Shown: piece by piece, positions 55,486 through 64,000 of the stretch
Position numbering within the stretch: the stretch's first letter is position 1
How the letters are laid out: every line of letters starts with the position of its first letter
Assembly: GCA_963677495.2 (NCBI GenBank)
Contig: CAXXOU010000001.1
Location: 480,001-544,000 of the forward strand
DNA: 64,000 nucleotides
Direction: 5' to 3'
Source of the DNA: Candidatus Cloacimonadales bacterium
GTDB lineage: Bacteria; Cloacimonadota; Cloacimonadia; Cloacimonadales; JAFGVF01
Made by a program: the position numbers and the translations under genes
The notes under the pieces: model-generated
Told to the model about the DNA's origin: nothing
Databases searched by the model: none
What the model saw: only the letters and a program-made list of their open reading frames with translations

Positions 55486-56739
55486 TTATTTGAGACCCTG
55501 TGACATAGCTTGACCGAGGTCGAACACAGGAAGATAAACAACAATAACCAACGTTCCCACAACAGCAGCCATAAGCACAATAAGCAATGGCTCGATAAGG
55601 GAAGTAAGTCTTTCGATAACTGAGTCAACTAACTTATCGTAGAATTCAGCAGCTTTCTTAAGAAGTTTATCCATGTCACCGGTTTCTTCACCGGTAGCAG
55701 TGAGCTGTAAGAGAGTTGGAGGGAATACACCGGTTTTTCTAAAAGCACCGGCAACACTATAACCTTCCTTAACCATGATTCTAGAACGGCGGACCGCAGA
55801 TTCAACCACAGCATTCTGTACAACGTTTTCTGTTAATTCAAGCACTTCCATAATTGGAACACCGGCAGTCATCAGAATAGAGAAAGTTCTAGCGAACTTA
55901 CTCATAATACTGTTTGTAAGCAGGTTACCAATAACAGGAATTTTAAGGAGCATCGAGTCAATTATATACCTTCCACGGTCAGTAAGACTGACAATGAATA
56001 CACCAACAACAACACCAACGATCATAAGAATTGAGATAAAAATATTTCCACGTATCCAGTCAGAAATATTAATAGCCACAACCGTAGGACCAGGTAATGA
56101 AGCGTTAAAGTTAGCATAAACTTCAGCGAATTTAGGAATAATCCAAACGAACATACCCCATGCAACTAAGAAGAGGAAAATAACGATGAAGATAGGATAA
56201 GTCATAGCTGACATAACCTTAGTTCTTGTATCTTCCATTTTCTCATAATAATCAGCGAGTTCAGAAAGAATAGTATGAAGTGTACCGGAAACCTCACCAG
56301 CTTTAACCAATGATACGAAAAGCGGTTGGAAAACACCGGGGTGTTGTTCCATAGCTTCAGAAAGGGAGAAACCTTTCTTAATATCATCAGAAATCTTATG
56401 GAGGCATTTCTTAAACTTCTTATTCTTTTCCTCTTTCTCAAGGTCTTGTATAGATTTCTCAATGGTAAGACCTGCTGATATCATTGTTGATAACTGTCGA
56501 GTAAAGAAAACAATAGTTTTAAGAGAGACGCCGGTTTTCCATTTATAGAAAGTCAGCATCAATTTATCAAACATAGAAAGTTTACCTTTAAAAGCACCTT
56601 CAGAGGCACTCTTAATAGTAATAATAGTACTACCTTCTTTGCTTAATTTATCAACTGCTTCGTCCATGGTGTTAGCTTTAATCACACCTTCGGTGCGAGC
56701 TCCCTTGGCATCTTTTATAGTATATTGAAATGCAGGCAT
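55486..56739 (-). CDS. pilC: Type IV pilus inner-membrane platform protein (PilC/GspF family)
   Basis: FTRQLSTMISAGL, AGEVSGTL, TGEETG, LIEPLLIV. Confidence 0.93.
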   Translation of the reverse strand: MPAFQYTIKDAKGARTEGVIKANTMDEAVDKLSKEGSTIITIKSASEGAFKGKLSMFDKLMLTFYKWKTGVSLKTIVFFTRQLSTMISAGLTIEKSIQDLEKEEKNKKFKKCLHKISDDIKKGFSLSEAMEQHPGVFQPLFVSLVKAGEVSGTLHTILSELADYYEKMEDTRTKVMSAMTYPIFIVIFLFLVAWGMFVWIIPKFAEVYANFNASLPGPTVVAINISDWIRGNIFISILMIVGVVVGVFIVSLTDRGRYIIDSMLLKIPVIGNLLTNSIMSKFARTFSILMTAGVPIMEVLELTENVVQNAVVESAVRRSRIMVKEGYSVAGAFRKTGVFPPTLLQLTATGEETGDMDKLLKKAAEFYDKLVDSVIERLTSLIEPLLIVLMAAVVGTLVIVVYLPVFDLGQAMSQGLK

Positions 56740-56757
56740 AATCTTACCTTTTCTTTA

Positions 56758-58467
56758 TTAATCATCAATAACTGTCATCTTGATTACTTCGCGGATTGTA
56801 GTAATACCACGTTTCATCTTGCTGATGGCAGCATCATGAAGTGTTCTCATACCATTTTCGATAGCTTTATCTCTAATCTGGTCCTGACTAGCTTCATCAA
56901 AGATGAGCTGGCGAATTTCAGTATCAACTTTAAGAAGTTCAAAAATACCTGTACGTCCAGCATAACCAGTGTTGTCACAATGTACACAACCAGCACCGAT
57001 TCTGAAATTATAATCAGTAAGGTCTTCACCTTCTAAACCTGCTTCGATAAGCTCTTGCTCTGTTGGAGTATATTCTGTTCCACAATGTGAACAGATTTTT
57101 CTAACAAGTCTCTGAGCCATAACGAGAGCCAAAGATGAACCAACCAAAAATGGTTTAATACCAATGTCAATCAAACGAGTCACAGTTGCAGGTGCATCAT
57201 TAGCATGCAATGTTGAGAAAACAAGGTGACCAGTTAGTGAGAACTTAATAGCGATATCAGCAGTTTCTTGGTCACGAATCTCACCAAGAAGAACTATATC
57301 AGGGTCCTGACGCATCACAGATCTAAGAGCAGCACCGAAGGTCAAACCAATCTGAGCTTTAGTCTCAATCTGACACACACCTTCAAGACGATATTCAACA
57401 GGATCTTCAACAGTAACAATGTTGTTTTCTATTGAGTAGATAGTCTTCAAAGCTGCGTGAAGTGATGTAGATTTACCACTACCGGTAGGACCGGAAACAA
57501 TGATAATTCCATAAGGTCGTTTGATAACTCTTTTGAAGATTTTCATATCTTCTTCTTCGAAACCAAGAGTGGTAAGTTTGAAACCAAAATCACCTTTATC
57601 AAGAAGACGCATAACCACTTTTTCACCTAGCACTGTAGGAGTAAGTGATACACGAACGTCCATACTCTTCATTTGAGTTTTAAGAGAAATCTGACCATCC
57701 TGAGGAAGTCTTCTTTCTGCAATATTAAGTTTTGACATAACCTTAATCAGTGAAACGATACCGGAATGCATTCCCACAGGTGGATTCATAACTTCTCTAA
57801 GAGAACCGTCAATACGGAAACGAACACGAGTATGTTTAGTCATCGGTTCGATATGAATATCAGTAGCACCTGATTTAATAGCTTCAGTGAAGATCAAGTT
57901 AGTCAGCTTAACAACAGGAGCATCAGCTTCCTTGTTGCCTTCAATTGTAATTTCATTCTCGTCATCATCAACTTGAACAAAATCAAAACTTCCAACAGCA
58001 CTTTCAACTTCAGTAGTTGTACGAATACTCTTATAATACTTTTCTAAAGCATCATTAAGAGTTGAATCACCAATAAGAATAGGCTTAATATTCTTTCCGG
58101 TAACTTTCTTCAAGCTATCAAGAACTTCAATATCTTCCGGATCAGTCATGGCAACAATCAAACCATCCGGATCTTCTCTGAAAGCTAAAACTCTTTTTTC
58201 GTAAGCAAACGCTTCCGGAACAAGGCCAACAGTTTTCACATCAAGCTCAAGTAGAAGATTTTCATCAACTACAGGATATTGAAGCTGTTGACTAAGAGCT
58301 TTCATCAGTTCAGATTCTTTAATGTATCCGAGTTTGATTAAAGTTTCACCAATTTTGAGTCCAAAATTATTCTGCTTTATAAGGGCTTCTTTGAGTTCCT
58401 CATCTGTAATTGCCTGATTGTGAATAAGAACTTCACCTAATCGAGCAAATTCTGGATTAAAAGCCAT
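56758..58467 (-). CDS. pilB: Type IV pilus assembly ATPase (PilB/GspE family)
   Basis: RLGEVL N-domain, ERRLPQDG, GPTGSGKS, TVEDPVE, RQDPD..GEIRD, CxxC-CxxC. Confidence 0.94.
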   Translation of the reverse strand: MAFNPEFARLGEVLIHNQAITDEELKEALIKQNNFGLKIGETLIKLGYIKESELMKALSQQLQYPVVDENLLLELDVKTVGLVPEAFAYEKRVLAFREDPDGLIVAMTDPEDIEVLDSLKKVTGKNIKPILIGDSTLNDALEKYYKSIRTTTEVESAVGSFDFVQVDDDENEITIEGNKEADAPVVKLTNLIFTEAIKSGATDIHIEPMTKHTRVRFRIDGSLREVMNPPVGMHSGIVSLIKVMSKLNIAERRLPQDGQISLKTQMKSMDVRVSLTPTVLGEKVVMRLLDKGDFGFKLTTLGFEEEDMKIFKRVIKRPYGIIIVSGPTGSGKSTSLHAALKTIYSIENNIVTVEDPVEYRLEGVCQIETKAQIGLTFGAALRSVMRQDPDIVLLGEIRDQETADIAIKFSLTGHLVFSTLHANDAPATVTRLIDIGIKPFLVGSSLALVMAQRLVRKICSHCGTEYTPTEQELIEAGLEGEDLTDYNFRIGAGCVHCDNTGYAGRTGIFELLKVDTEIRQLIFDEASQDQIRDKAIENGMRTLHDAAISKMKRGITTIREVIKMTVIDD

Positions 58468-58486
58468 ATTACATTCCTTTTATAAG

Positions 58487-58510
58487 TCCGGGTAGGTTTC
58501 CCTACCCGGA
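58487..58510. other. Strong intercistronic hairpin without U-tract
   Basis: TCCGGGTAGG-TTTC-CCTACCCGGA, perfect 10-bp stem between the lipoprotein gene and pilB. Confidence 0.7.
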
Positions 58511-58521
58511 ATGATTATTTA

Positions 58522-61500
58522 TTAGTTAGGTAACATTACATCTATACTATAGTTGTAAACCATTACCTGAGCTGTTGTTGTTGCAGCTGTACCGAGTAAA
58601 CGGAAGTTAAGCTGAGCAGGAGTCTGACCAGGAGTCGCAGTCTGAGGGTCATAAGGTCTAATTTCATAGCAATTAAGAGCCCACCAGAAAATTGAAACAC
58701 CTTGTTCAAGGTCACCATCCTGGTTAAACCAGAATGTAGTTTCATAAACATCTGAACCTTGGTTAGCTGTTTCATTGATTCCAACAAATGAATCAAGGGT
58801 TTTAGGACCGTAATCAGGACCATCCCAATCATCACCTGAGTCTGACTGTACTTCAACGTTCACAAATACACCTCTATCGGCAGATGCTGAAACAAAAGCA
58901 CCATTTACAGGGTTACCCTGACCGTCAGAGATTTTAACTTTACATAATGTAGCAACTGATTGCCACTGATAACCTGTTCCGTCTGCATTCTGAGGCCAGA
59001 ATTCAAGTTCACCAGGCATTGCAACTGCTTCCATTTGAGGAGCATTCAATGGTAAAGGAAGTGTATTTTGTCCAGAAACAATCTCACCACCGGCACCAAC
59101 AGTATTTGCAATGATAGTTATATCATCAAATGTGTTAGAACCATGATAAGTAACTGTTGTAAATGCAACACCAGCTAATGAGTCTTCTTCAGAACTTTCA
59201 TTACCTACGAAAGCTTCCGCAATAATACTTGCATCAACAAAAGCAGGTCTGTCAAGTTCGAACCATACACTGGTACCATAATCTACAGGGTTACCCCATT
59301 CGTCTCTTACGTTAGCACCCGCGATGATTCTCCAGATACCACCACCCATCTCGTCACCAGTATCAAAGTCACCAATGAAAGGTTCAATGATTGATGGAGG
59401 ACCAGCATGGATAACAATATTAGATTTACGTGCATAAATAGCACCATCTAGAGCAGCTTCAGCATCTGAAGCATAAGTATTGTGGTTTGGTAATGTAGAC
59501 ACAAGTACACTAAGAATACCAGATTCTGAGCCTGCATTTACAGCTGCTTGAGCGATACCACCGCTTGAAGTAACTTCAACCGGATCATCATTCCAACCAA
59601 AGTTTTCATTGTTAAGGTTTGCTCCTTCTGGAACTTCTATGTTTCTTAACCAGAAGTACAATGTAGTTGGATTATTAAGCAAGTTACCATTGATGTCTCT
59701 TAAGTTCACACTAAGAATTGCAGATTCTTGTCCACCAGTACCGGCAACATTAATATCAATCTGGTTATCAGTAGTGAAATAGATAGAATATAAATCATCA
59801 GATGTTACTGTGAAAACATACTGAGCTTGTAATGTATCCTGATTTGCAGAGATTGTCATATTAGCAATACCTGATTCAAGACCTGGAGTAAAGAGAACTT
59901 TTGCAACACCATTTGCATCTGAATTCTTAATGATTTCTTCATCTTGAGATTCGAATGTACCAAGGTCTGTTAAGAATTTAACAGCAGCACTTGGGCACAT
60001 GTTGTTGTAAGCATCTTTAACTTTAGTTTGAATTTCAATATCAAACGGACTATTTACATGCCATGTGTCAGTTGTATCAACATAAACTTCTGAGTCATGT
60101 TCTTTAATAAATGAGCTAATCTCAAGAACTGCTGGGCGACCATTCTTCACAACAAAGTCATGAGAAGCAGACTGTACACCACTGATTGAAACAGAAAGTG
60201 AACCAACGTCTGATCTAAGACCAGTATTGAAGATTACAGAAGCTGTACCATTAGAAGTTGCTATTACAACAGCATTTCCTAATGCATTTTCTTCACTGTC
60301 TTCAAAGCTACCAAGTGTAGTTTCGAAAGTGATTAAAGTATTATCTGAAACTGGCTCACCATTAGTATAGTAAGCAGAAGCAGTAACAACTACTGTCTGA
60401 GCAACTCTGAATTCATCAGCAAGAGCACTAAGTGTAACACTGTCTACTGGAGGTACAGGAAGAATTTCAACCTGAACAGATTCCATAGACTCTGCAATAA
60501 TTACATCAGTATTAACTTCTGAATATGATCTAACAACAGCTTCGATTGTTGCAGTATTGTTTTCTGGATCATCTAAGTCAAGGTGACCATCATCCCAGAA
60601 AGATGTTGTTGCAACACCAGAGCTATCAGTTGTAATTTGACCAATAATTCTACCAACAGATGTTCTGAATTTAACTGGAACACCAGCGGCTGCGTAACCT
60701 TCATCATCTTCAACAACAACTCTAATATTAGAGAAAGTAATGTTGTTATCAGAATAGATTTCATCTGGAGTAGCAATTATGTCAGTAATTTGGTAAATTG
60801 ATGCAAGGCTTTCAATTGTGAAAGACTGGCTTTGTTGATAGTTACCAACTCTAATATAGATATTAGTTTCACCAGATTCGCTTCCTGTATTAAGATTAAG
60901 TTCAGCTGCACCATTGGTAGTAAGAACCATAACAGAGTCGCCTAAAGCGCCACCGGTTTCATTTTCAAAGAAACCTTTTTCTGTTCTGAAAGTTAATACT
61001 GTTCCATCTGGTACAAATTCACCTTGTGAATCTTTAGCAGTAACAGCTACATTAACAACGTCATTAACAAAAGGATTTGTTACAACTTCGTTGTTATTAT
61101 CTGGGTCAGAGATTACGATATCTATGTTAGATACATCTGGAACTTCAACGATTTTAACGTTAATGCTAGCTTCGTCAACGATAACAGCTGTTGTTTCATC
61201 ATCCACAGTAGGAGATGTAACATAAGCAGTTACAATTGCATCACCATGAGCATTATCATCGTAGAAAGTAGCGGTTGCTACACCATACTCATCAGTAGTA
61301 GAACTTGCAATAAGTTTACCAAGAGTTTTCTTAAAAAAGACTGTAGCACCAACTACTGGATCATTATCTTCATCTTCAACATAAACTGATATTTCTGCAA
61401 ATGTTCTTCCACCATCAAGATAAATTGAGTCTGCGGTAGTAGTAATTCGCACAATATTCATTACATTCGCGGGTTCATTTGAAGGTTCTACTGGAGAACG

Positions 61501-61572
61501 ATCATCACAACCGACAAATAATAAAGCTGTCAAAAGGAGAAGAGCTGATAATATTAATTTATACTTATTCAT
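58522..61572 (-). CDS. Lipoprotein with tandem bacterial Ig-like (Big_1/invasin-type) domains
   Basis: Lipobox LFVG-C (start MNKYKL 61572); repeated V.V.D..G.P...V.F.T..G......TD..GVA units. Confidence 0.8.
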   Translation of the reverse strand: MNKYKLILSALLLLTALLFVGCDDRSPVEPSNEPANVMNIVRITTTADSIYLDGGRTFAEISVYVEDEDNDPVVGATVFFKKTLGKLIASSTTDEYGVATATFYDDNAHGDAIVTAYVTSPTVDDETTAVIVDEASINVKIVEVPDVSNIDIVISDPDNNNEVVTNPFVNDVVNVAVTAKDSQGEFVPDGTVLTFRTEKGFFENETGGALGDSVMVLTTNGAAELNLNTGSESGETNIYIRVGNYQQSQSFTIESLASIYQITDIIATPDEIYSDNNITFSNIRVVVEDDEGYAAAGVPVKFRTSVGRIIGQITTDSSGVATTSFWDDGHLDLDDPENNTATIEAVVRSYSEVNTDVIIAESMESVQVEILPVPPVDSVTLSALADEFRVAQTVVVTASAYYTNGEPVSDNTLITFETTLGSFEDSEENALGNAVVIATSNGTASVIFNTGLRSDVGSLSVSISGVQSASHDFVVKNGRPAVLEISSFIKEHDSEVYVDTTDTWHVNSPFDIEIQTKVKDAYNNMCPSAAVKFLTDLGTFESQDEEIIKNSDANGVAKVLFTPGLESGIANMTISANQDTLQAQYVFTVTSDDLYSIYFTTDNQIDINVAGTGGQESAILSVNLRDINGNLLNNPTTLYFWLRNIEVPEGANLNNENFGWNDDPVEVTSSGGIAQAAVNAGSESGILSVLVSTLPNHNTYASDAEAALDGAIYARKSNIVIHAGPPSIIEPFIGDFDTGDEMGGGIWRIIAGANVRDEWGNPVDYGTSVWFELDRPAFVDASIIAEAFVGNESSEEDSLAGVAFTTVTYHGSNTFDDITIIANTVGAGGEIVSGQNTLPLPLNAPQMEAVAMPGELEFWPQNADGTGYQWQSVATLCKVKISDGQGNPVNGAFVSASADRGVFVNVEVQSDSGDDWDGPDYGPKTLDSFVGINETANQGSDVYETTFWFNQDGDLEQGVSIFWWALNCYEIRPYDPQTATPGQTPAQLNFRLLGTAATTTAQVMVYNYSIDVMLPN

Positions 61573-61589
61573 ATCAAACCCCATTCAGT

Positions 61590-63002
61590 TTAGTTTTCTT
61601 CATCTTCGAACTTAATCAACTGTTTTCCCATTCTTTCGTCAATAACGATTTCTCTTTGATCTTCGTTTAAATCAACGATTCTAGGAGTGATTTCGATAAC
61701 GAGATCAGTATTGGTTACAACTTCGTCACGATGCTGGAAAAGTTTACCAATAAATGGAATGTCACCAAGTAAAGGAAGCTTGTTAGTTTTTTGGCTTAAG
61801 TTAGATGTTAATAAGCCACCAACAATGATTTTCTTTCCACTTGGAACTGTTACAGTTGAATTAATTTTTCTTACTTTTGATCTTGGTACATAACCACCAA
61901 CTAAGTCAATTACTGAACTTACTTCAGGGCTAAGTGTGGTAGTAATGTCACCATCTTTATTAACGGTTGGTTTTACTTTCAGCTTGATACCGACTTCTTC
62001 TTTTTCAACTTGAACTTCTTTGTCACTATTTAATACAACATAAGGAACTACTTCACCAATGTGTATGTCTGCTTCTTCACCATTAAGTGCTGTTAAGCGT
62101 GTATCAGTTAACATTTTTGCAGCATTGTTTTCCATTAACCAATCAATTGTCACATCGAAAGCATAAAGTTGACGGCTGAAGTGACCGAAATCATCCCAAC
62201 TTTCCATTCTTTCAAAATACTGCTCTTCTGGAAGAACTTCGAAAGTAGTAGGGTCACCATGTGGTAAGGCACCTGTTTCATCAGTATAACTGTAAGGTAA
62301 GCCTGTTCCATCAGCACCGCGTGTATCTTCGGCAAATATTGTTGTTAAGTGATTAAGTTTTGACCAATCGATACCATATTTCTTGGAATCTTCGATTGAA
62401 ACTTCAATCATTCTTACTCTAATTTCGATCTGTTGCTGTTCTGTGTCGAGTTCCTTAATTCTTTCGATGATTTCATTGAAAGTCTGAGGGTTACAACGTA
62501 CTAAAAGAGCATTCTGCCCTTCAACAGCAACGATTTCACCAGGCATATCTTTAAAAGCTGCCTGAATTTTAGCTGCTTCAACATAGTTTAAATAGATAGT
62601 GTAGCTTCTTTCACCAGCTTCTTCCTGGATCTTCTGCTTGTCACCAACTAAAAATGTGTTTTCGCCGATTACTCTGTAAGTAAGACCAACTGATTTTGAA
62701 ACAAGCTCAACAGCTTGTTCGATTGGAACATCTTTAAGATGTACTGTAATTTGAGAGAATTGATCGCCTTCACCAGGTTTTTCATCTCCCTTAGAATCTA
62801 CTGCCAACACGATGTTGCAACCACTCATTTTTGAAAGAGCAGTTAAAACAGATGACAGCGTTGCATCGTCTGTATCTATTGTAACTTTCTTATTAAGCAT
62901 TTCTGATTCAGTGAATGTTACTGCAAAGAGTGCACTAACACTGAGCATCAGGAAAGTTACCATCAAGATAATCATTTTACGAGAAAAAATCGAAAGTTTC
63001 AT
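61590..63002 (-). CDS. pilQ: Secretin (PilQ/GspD family)
   Basis: QQIEIRVRMIEV, GIDW, VGIKLKVKP, LPLLGDIPFIGKLF, LVIEITPRI. Confidence 0.9.
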   Translation of the reverse strand: MKLSIFSRKMIILMVTFLMLSVSALFAVTFTESEMLNKKVTIDTDDATLSSVLTALSKMSGCNIVLAVDSKGDEKPGEGDQFSQITVHLKDVPIEQAVELVSKSVGLTYRVIGENTFLVGDKQKIQEEAGERSYTIYLNYVEAAKIQAAFKDMPGEIVAVEGQNALLVRCNPQTFNEIIERIKELDTEQQQIEIRVRMIEVSIEDSKKYGIDWSKLNHLTTIFAEDTRGADGTGLPYSYTDETGALPHGDPTTFEVLPEEQYFERMESWDDFGHFSRQLYAFDVTIDWLMENNAAKMLTDTRLTALNGEEADIHIGEVVPYVVLNSDKEVQVEKEEVGIKLKVKPTVNKDGDITTTLSPEVSSVIDLVGGYVPRSKVRKINSTVTVPSGKKIIVGGLLTSNLSQKTNKLPLLGDIPFIGKLFQHRDEVVTNTDLVIEITPRIVDLNEDQREIVIDERMGKQLIKFEDEEN

Positions 63003-63017
63003 AATTTCTCCTATTTT

Positions 63018-63554
63018 TTACCAGTTATATTCTTGTGCTTTATCTTCTTGGATTTCTACAGGTTTAGGTGGAATAGGTTGCTTAACCATCTCTTTGGTAG
63101 CTCCATTCTTTGTATAGATCACTTTACCATCAGTAATTTCAATGATCTTTCTTCCTTTAACCTCATCTCCAACGCCATAATAATGAGTCTGTCCATCGTG
63201 TGCAATAATAGCCATGCTATTACCATCTTCGTCAATTGAAGTTCCGGCTAAACGAACCATTCGTTTAACTTTGTCCTGCCAGATTTTAAGCTTATCACGC
63301 TTGTCCTGTACAATAAGATCCTGTTTAAGAGGGTCTTTCTTTACACTGAACTTGAAAAGTTTTCTATCTGAAATTGAACTTTCGATGGATTGGATCTGCG
63401 CCATTAATTCCCCATCAAGTTTTTGCTCTTTGTACTTTGAGTCTTTAGGGACTTCGTCTACTGTCTTATAGGAAGAGACATTTTTCACTGCGAATGCAAT
63501 CAGGATAACAAAAGTTAAGGTAATCGCAAAATCTTTTAAATATCTGAATTCCAT
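63018..63554 (-). CDS. PilP-like / GspC-like accessory protein
   Basis: N-terminal TM, KDPL, RLAGT...AII....HYYGVGD; lies between pilO and pilQ. Confidence 0.55.
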   Translation of the reverse strand: MEFRYLKDFAITLTFVILIAFAVKNVSSYKTVDEVPKDSKYKEQKLDGELMAQIQSIESSISDRKLFKFSVKKDPLKQDLIVQDKRDKLKIWQDKVKRMVRLAGTSIDEDGNSMAIIAHDGQTHYYGVGDEVKGRKIIEITDGKVIYTKNGATKEMVKQPIPPKPVEIQEDKAQEYNW

Positions 63555-64000
63555 TATGCCTCCTTGAGAACCTTAAAGACTGACAGTTCAATAGATACTG
63601 TATACATTGTAGCTTGACCTGCTACTTGAGCTTTATTTCTATCATACATTGGTTTCACTTCTAAGTAAGTAATTTTAATAATATGATCGAGACTTTCAAG
63701 TTTTGATAAGAATTTTCCCATCTGGATGTAGTCACACTGAAGCTCCATAGTGTAGTTCTGTTCTACTAAGTTAGCTCTTGTGAATACTTCCTTAGGGAAG
63801 ATATTTACAACAGATATTTTAAATCTATCTGCAAGCTCGGCTAAGTTTTTAACAAAAGCGTTTGTTTCTTCTGTCTTGAACTTCTTAGTTTTAGTTAAAC
63901 TATTCTGAATAATACGTGAGAATTCACTCAACTGTTCATTCATAATTTTAGCACTATTAAGTTTCTCTTGAGCAACTTTGATCTTCTTATCTACTCTTTT
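63554..64000 (-). CDS. pilO: PilO-like protein, 5' truncated by the window edge
   Basis: Frame open to the window end (KRVDKKIKVAQEKLNSAKIM...); LQCDYIQMGKFLSKLESLDHII PilO-like motif. Confidence 0.7.
   Translation of the reverse strand, partial: KRVDKKIKVAQEKLNSAKIMNEQLSEFSRIIQNSLTKTKKFKTEETNAFVKNLAELADRFKISVVNIFPKEVFTRANLVEQNYTMELQCDYIQMGKFLSKLESLDHIIKITYLEVKPMYDRNKAQVAGQATMYTVSIELSVFKVLKEA

Overview
AT-rich bacterial chromosome segment. Gene content suggests Candidatus Cloacimonadota or a close FCB-group relative (inference, from FlgD-Ig/T9SS-A-like C-terminal surface proteins, SprA, an Mbx operon and a type IV pilus operon). In order: (1) a 12-gene Mbx/MBS-type membrane oxidoreductase operon with an H-H' fusion and a NuoI-GltD fusion (219-10827); (2) a secreted beta-rich protein; (3) a three-gene module of RtcR/CARF-like + Fis-HTH regulator with no AAA+ domain, TPR histidine kinase and atypical receiver protein; (4) coaX, sprA and an esterase; (5) four tandem beta-helix CTD proteins, three being mosaic paralogues and one of those broken by a single in-frame TAG; (6) a 1799-aa adhesin-like protein; (7) a small hypothetical gene beside a 112/113-bp tandem array built from three hairpin modules; (8) a defence-like patch of SAM methyltransferase, frameshifted nuclease-helicase and C39-like peptidase; (9) a ~1645-aa YCF48/LTD surface protein; (10) a pilO-pilP-like-pilQ-Ig lipoprotein-pilB-pilC operon. 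The intergenic DNA is highly structured. It holds dispersed REP-like hairpins with compensatory changes, two inverted 4+4 arrays of 11-bp-phased CCACG/CGTGG boxes with identical geometry, and two inverted-repeat-bounded elements each carrying an inverted DnaA-box pair plus 11-bp-phased purine motifs. No rRNA, tRNA, CRISPR, integrase or transposase was recognised. All protein calls are from motif reading, without database searches.
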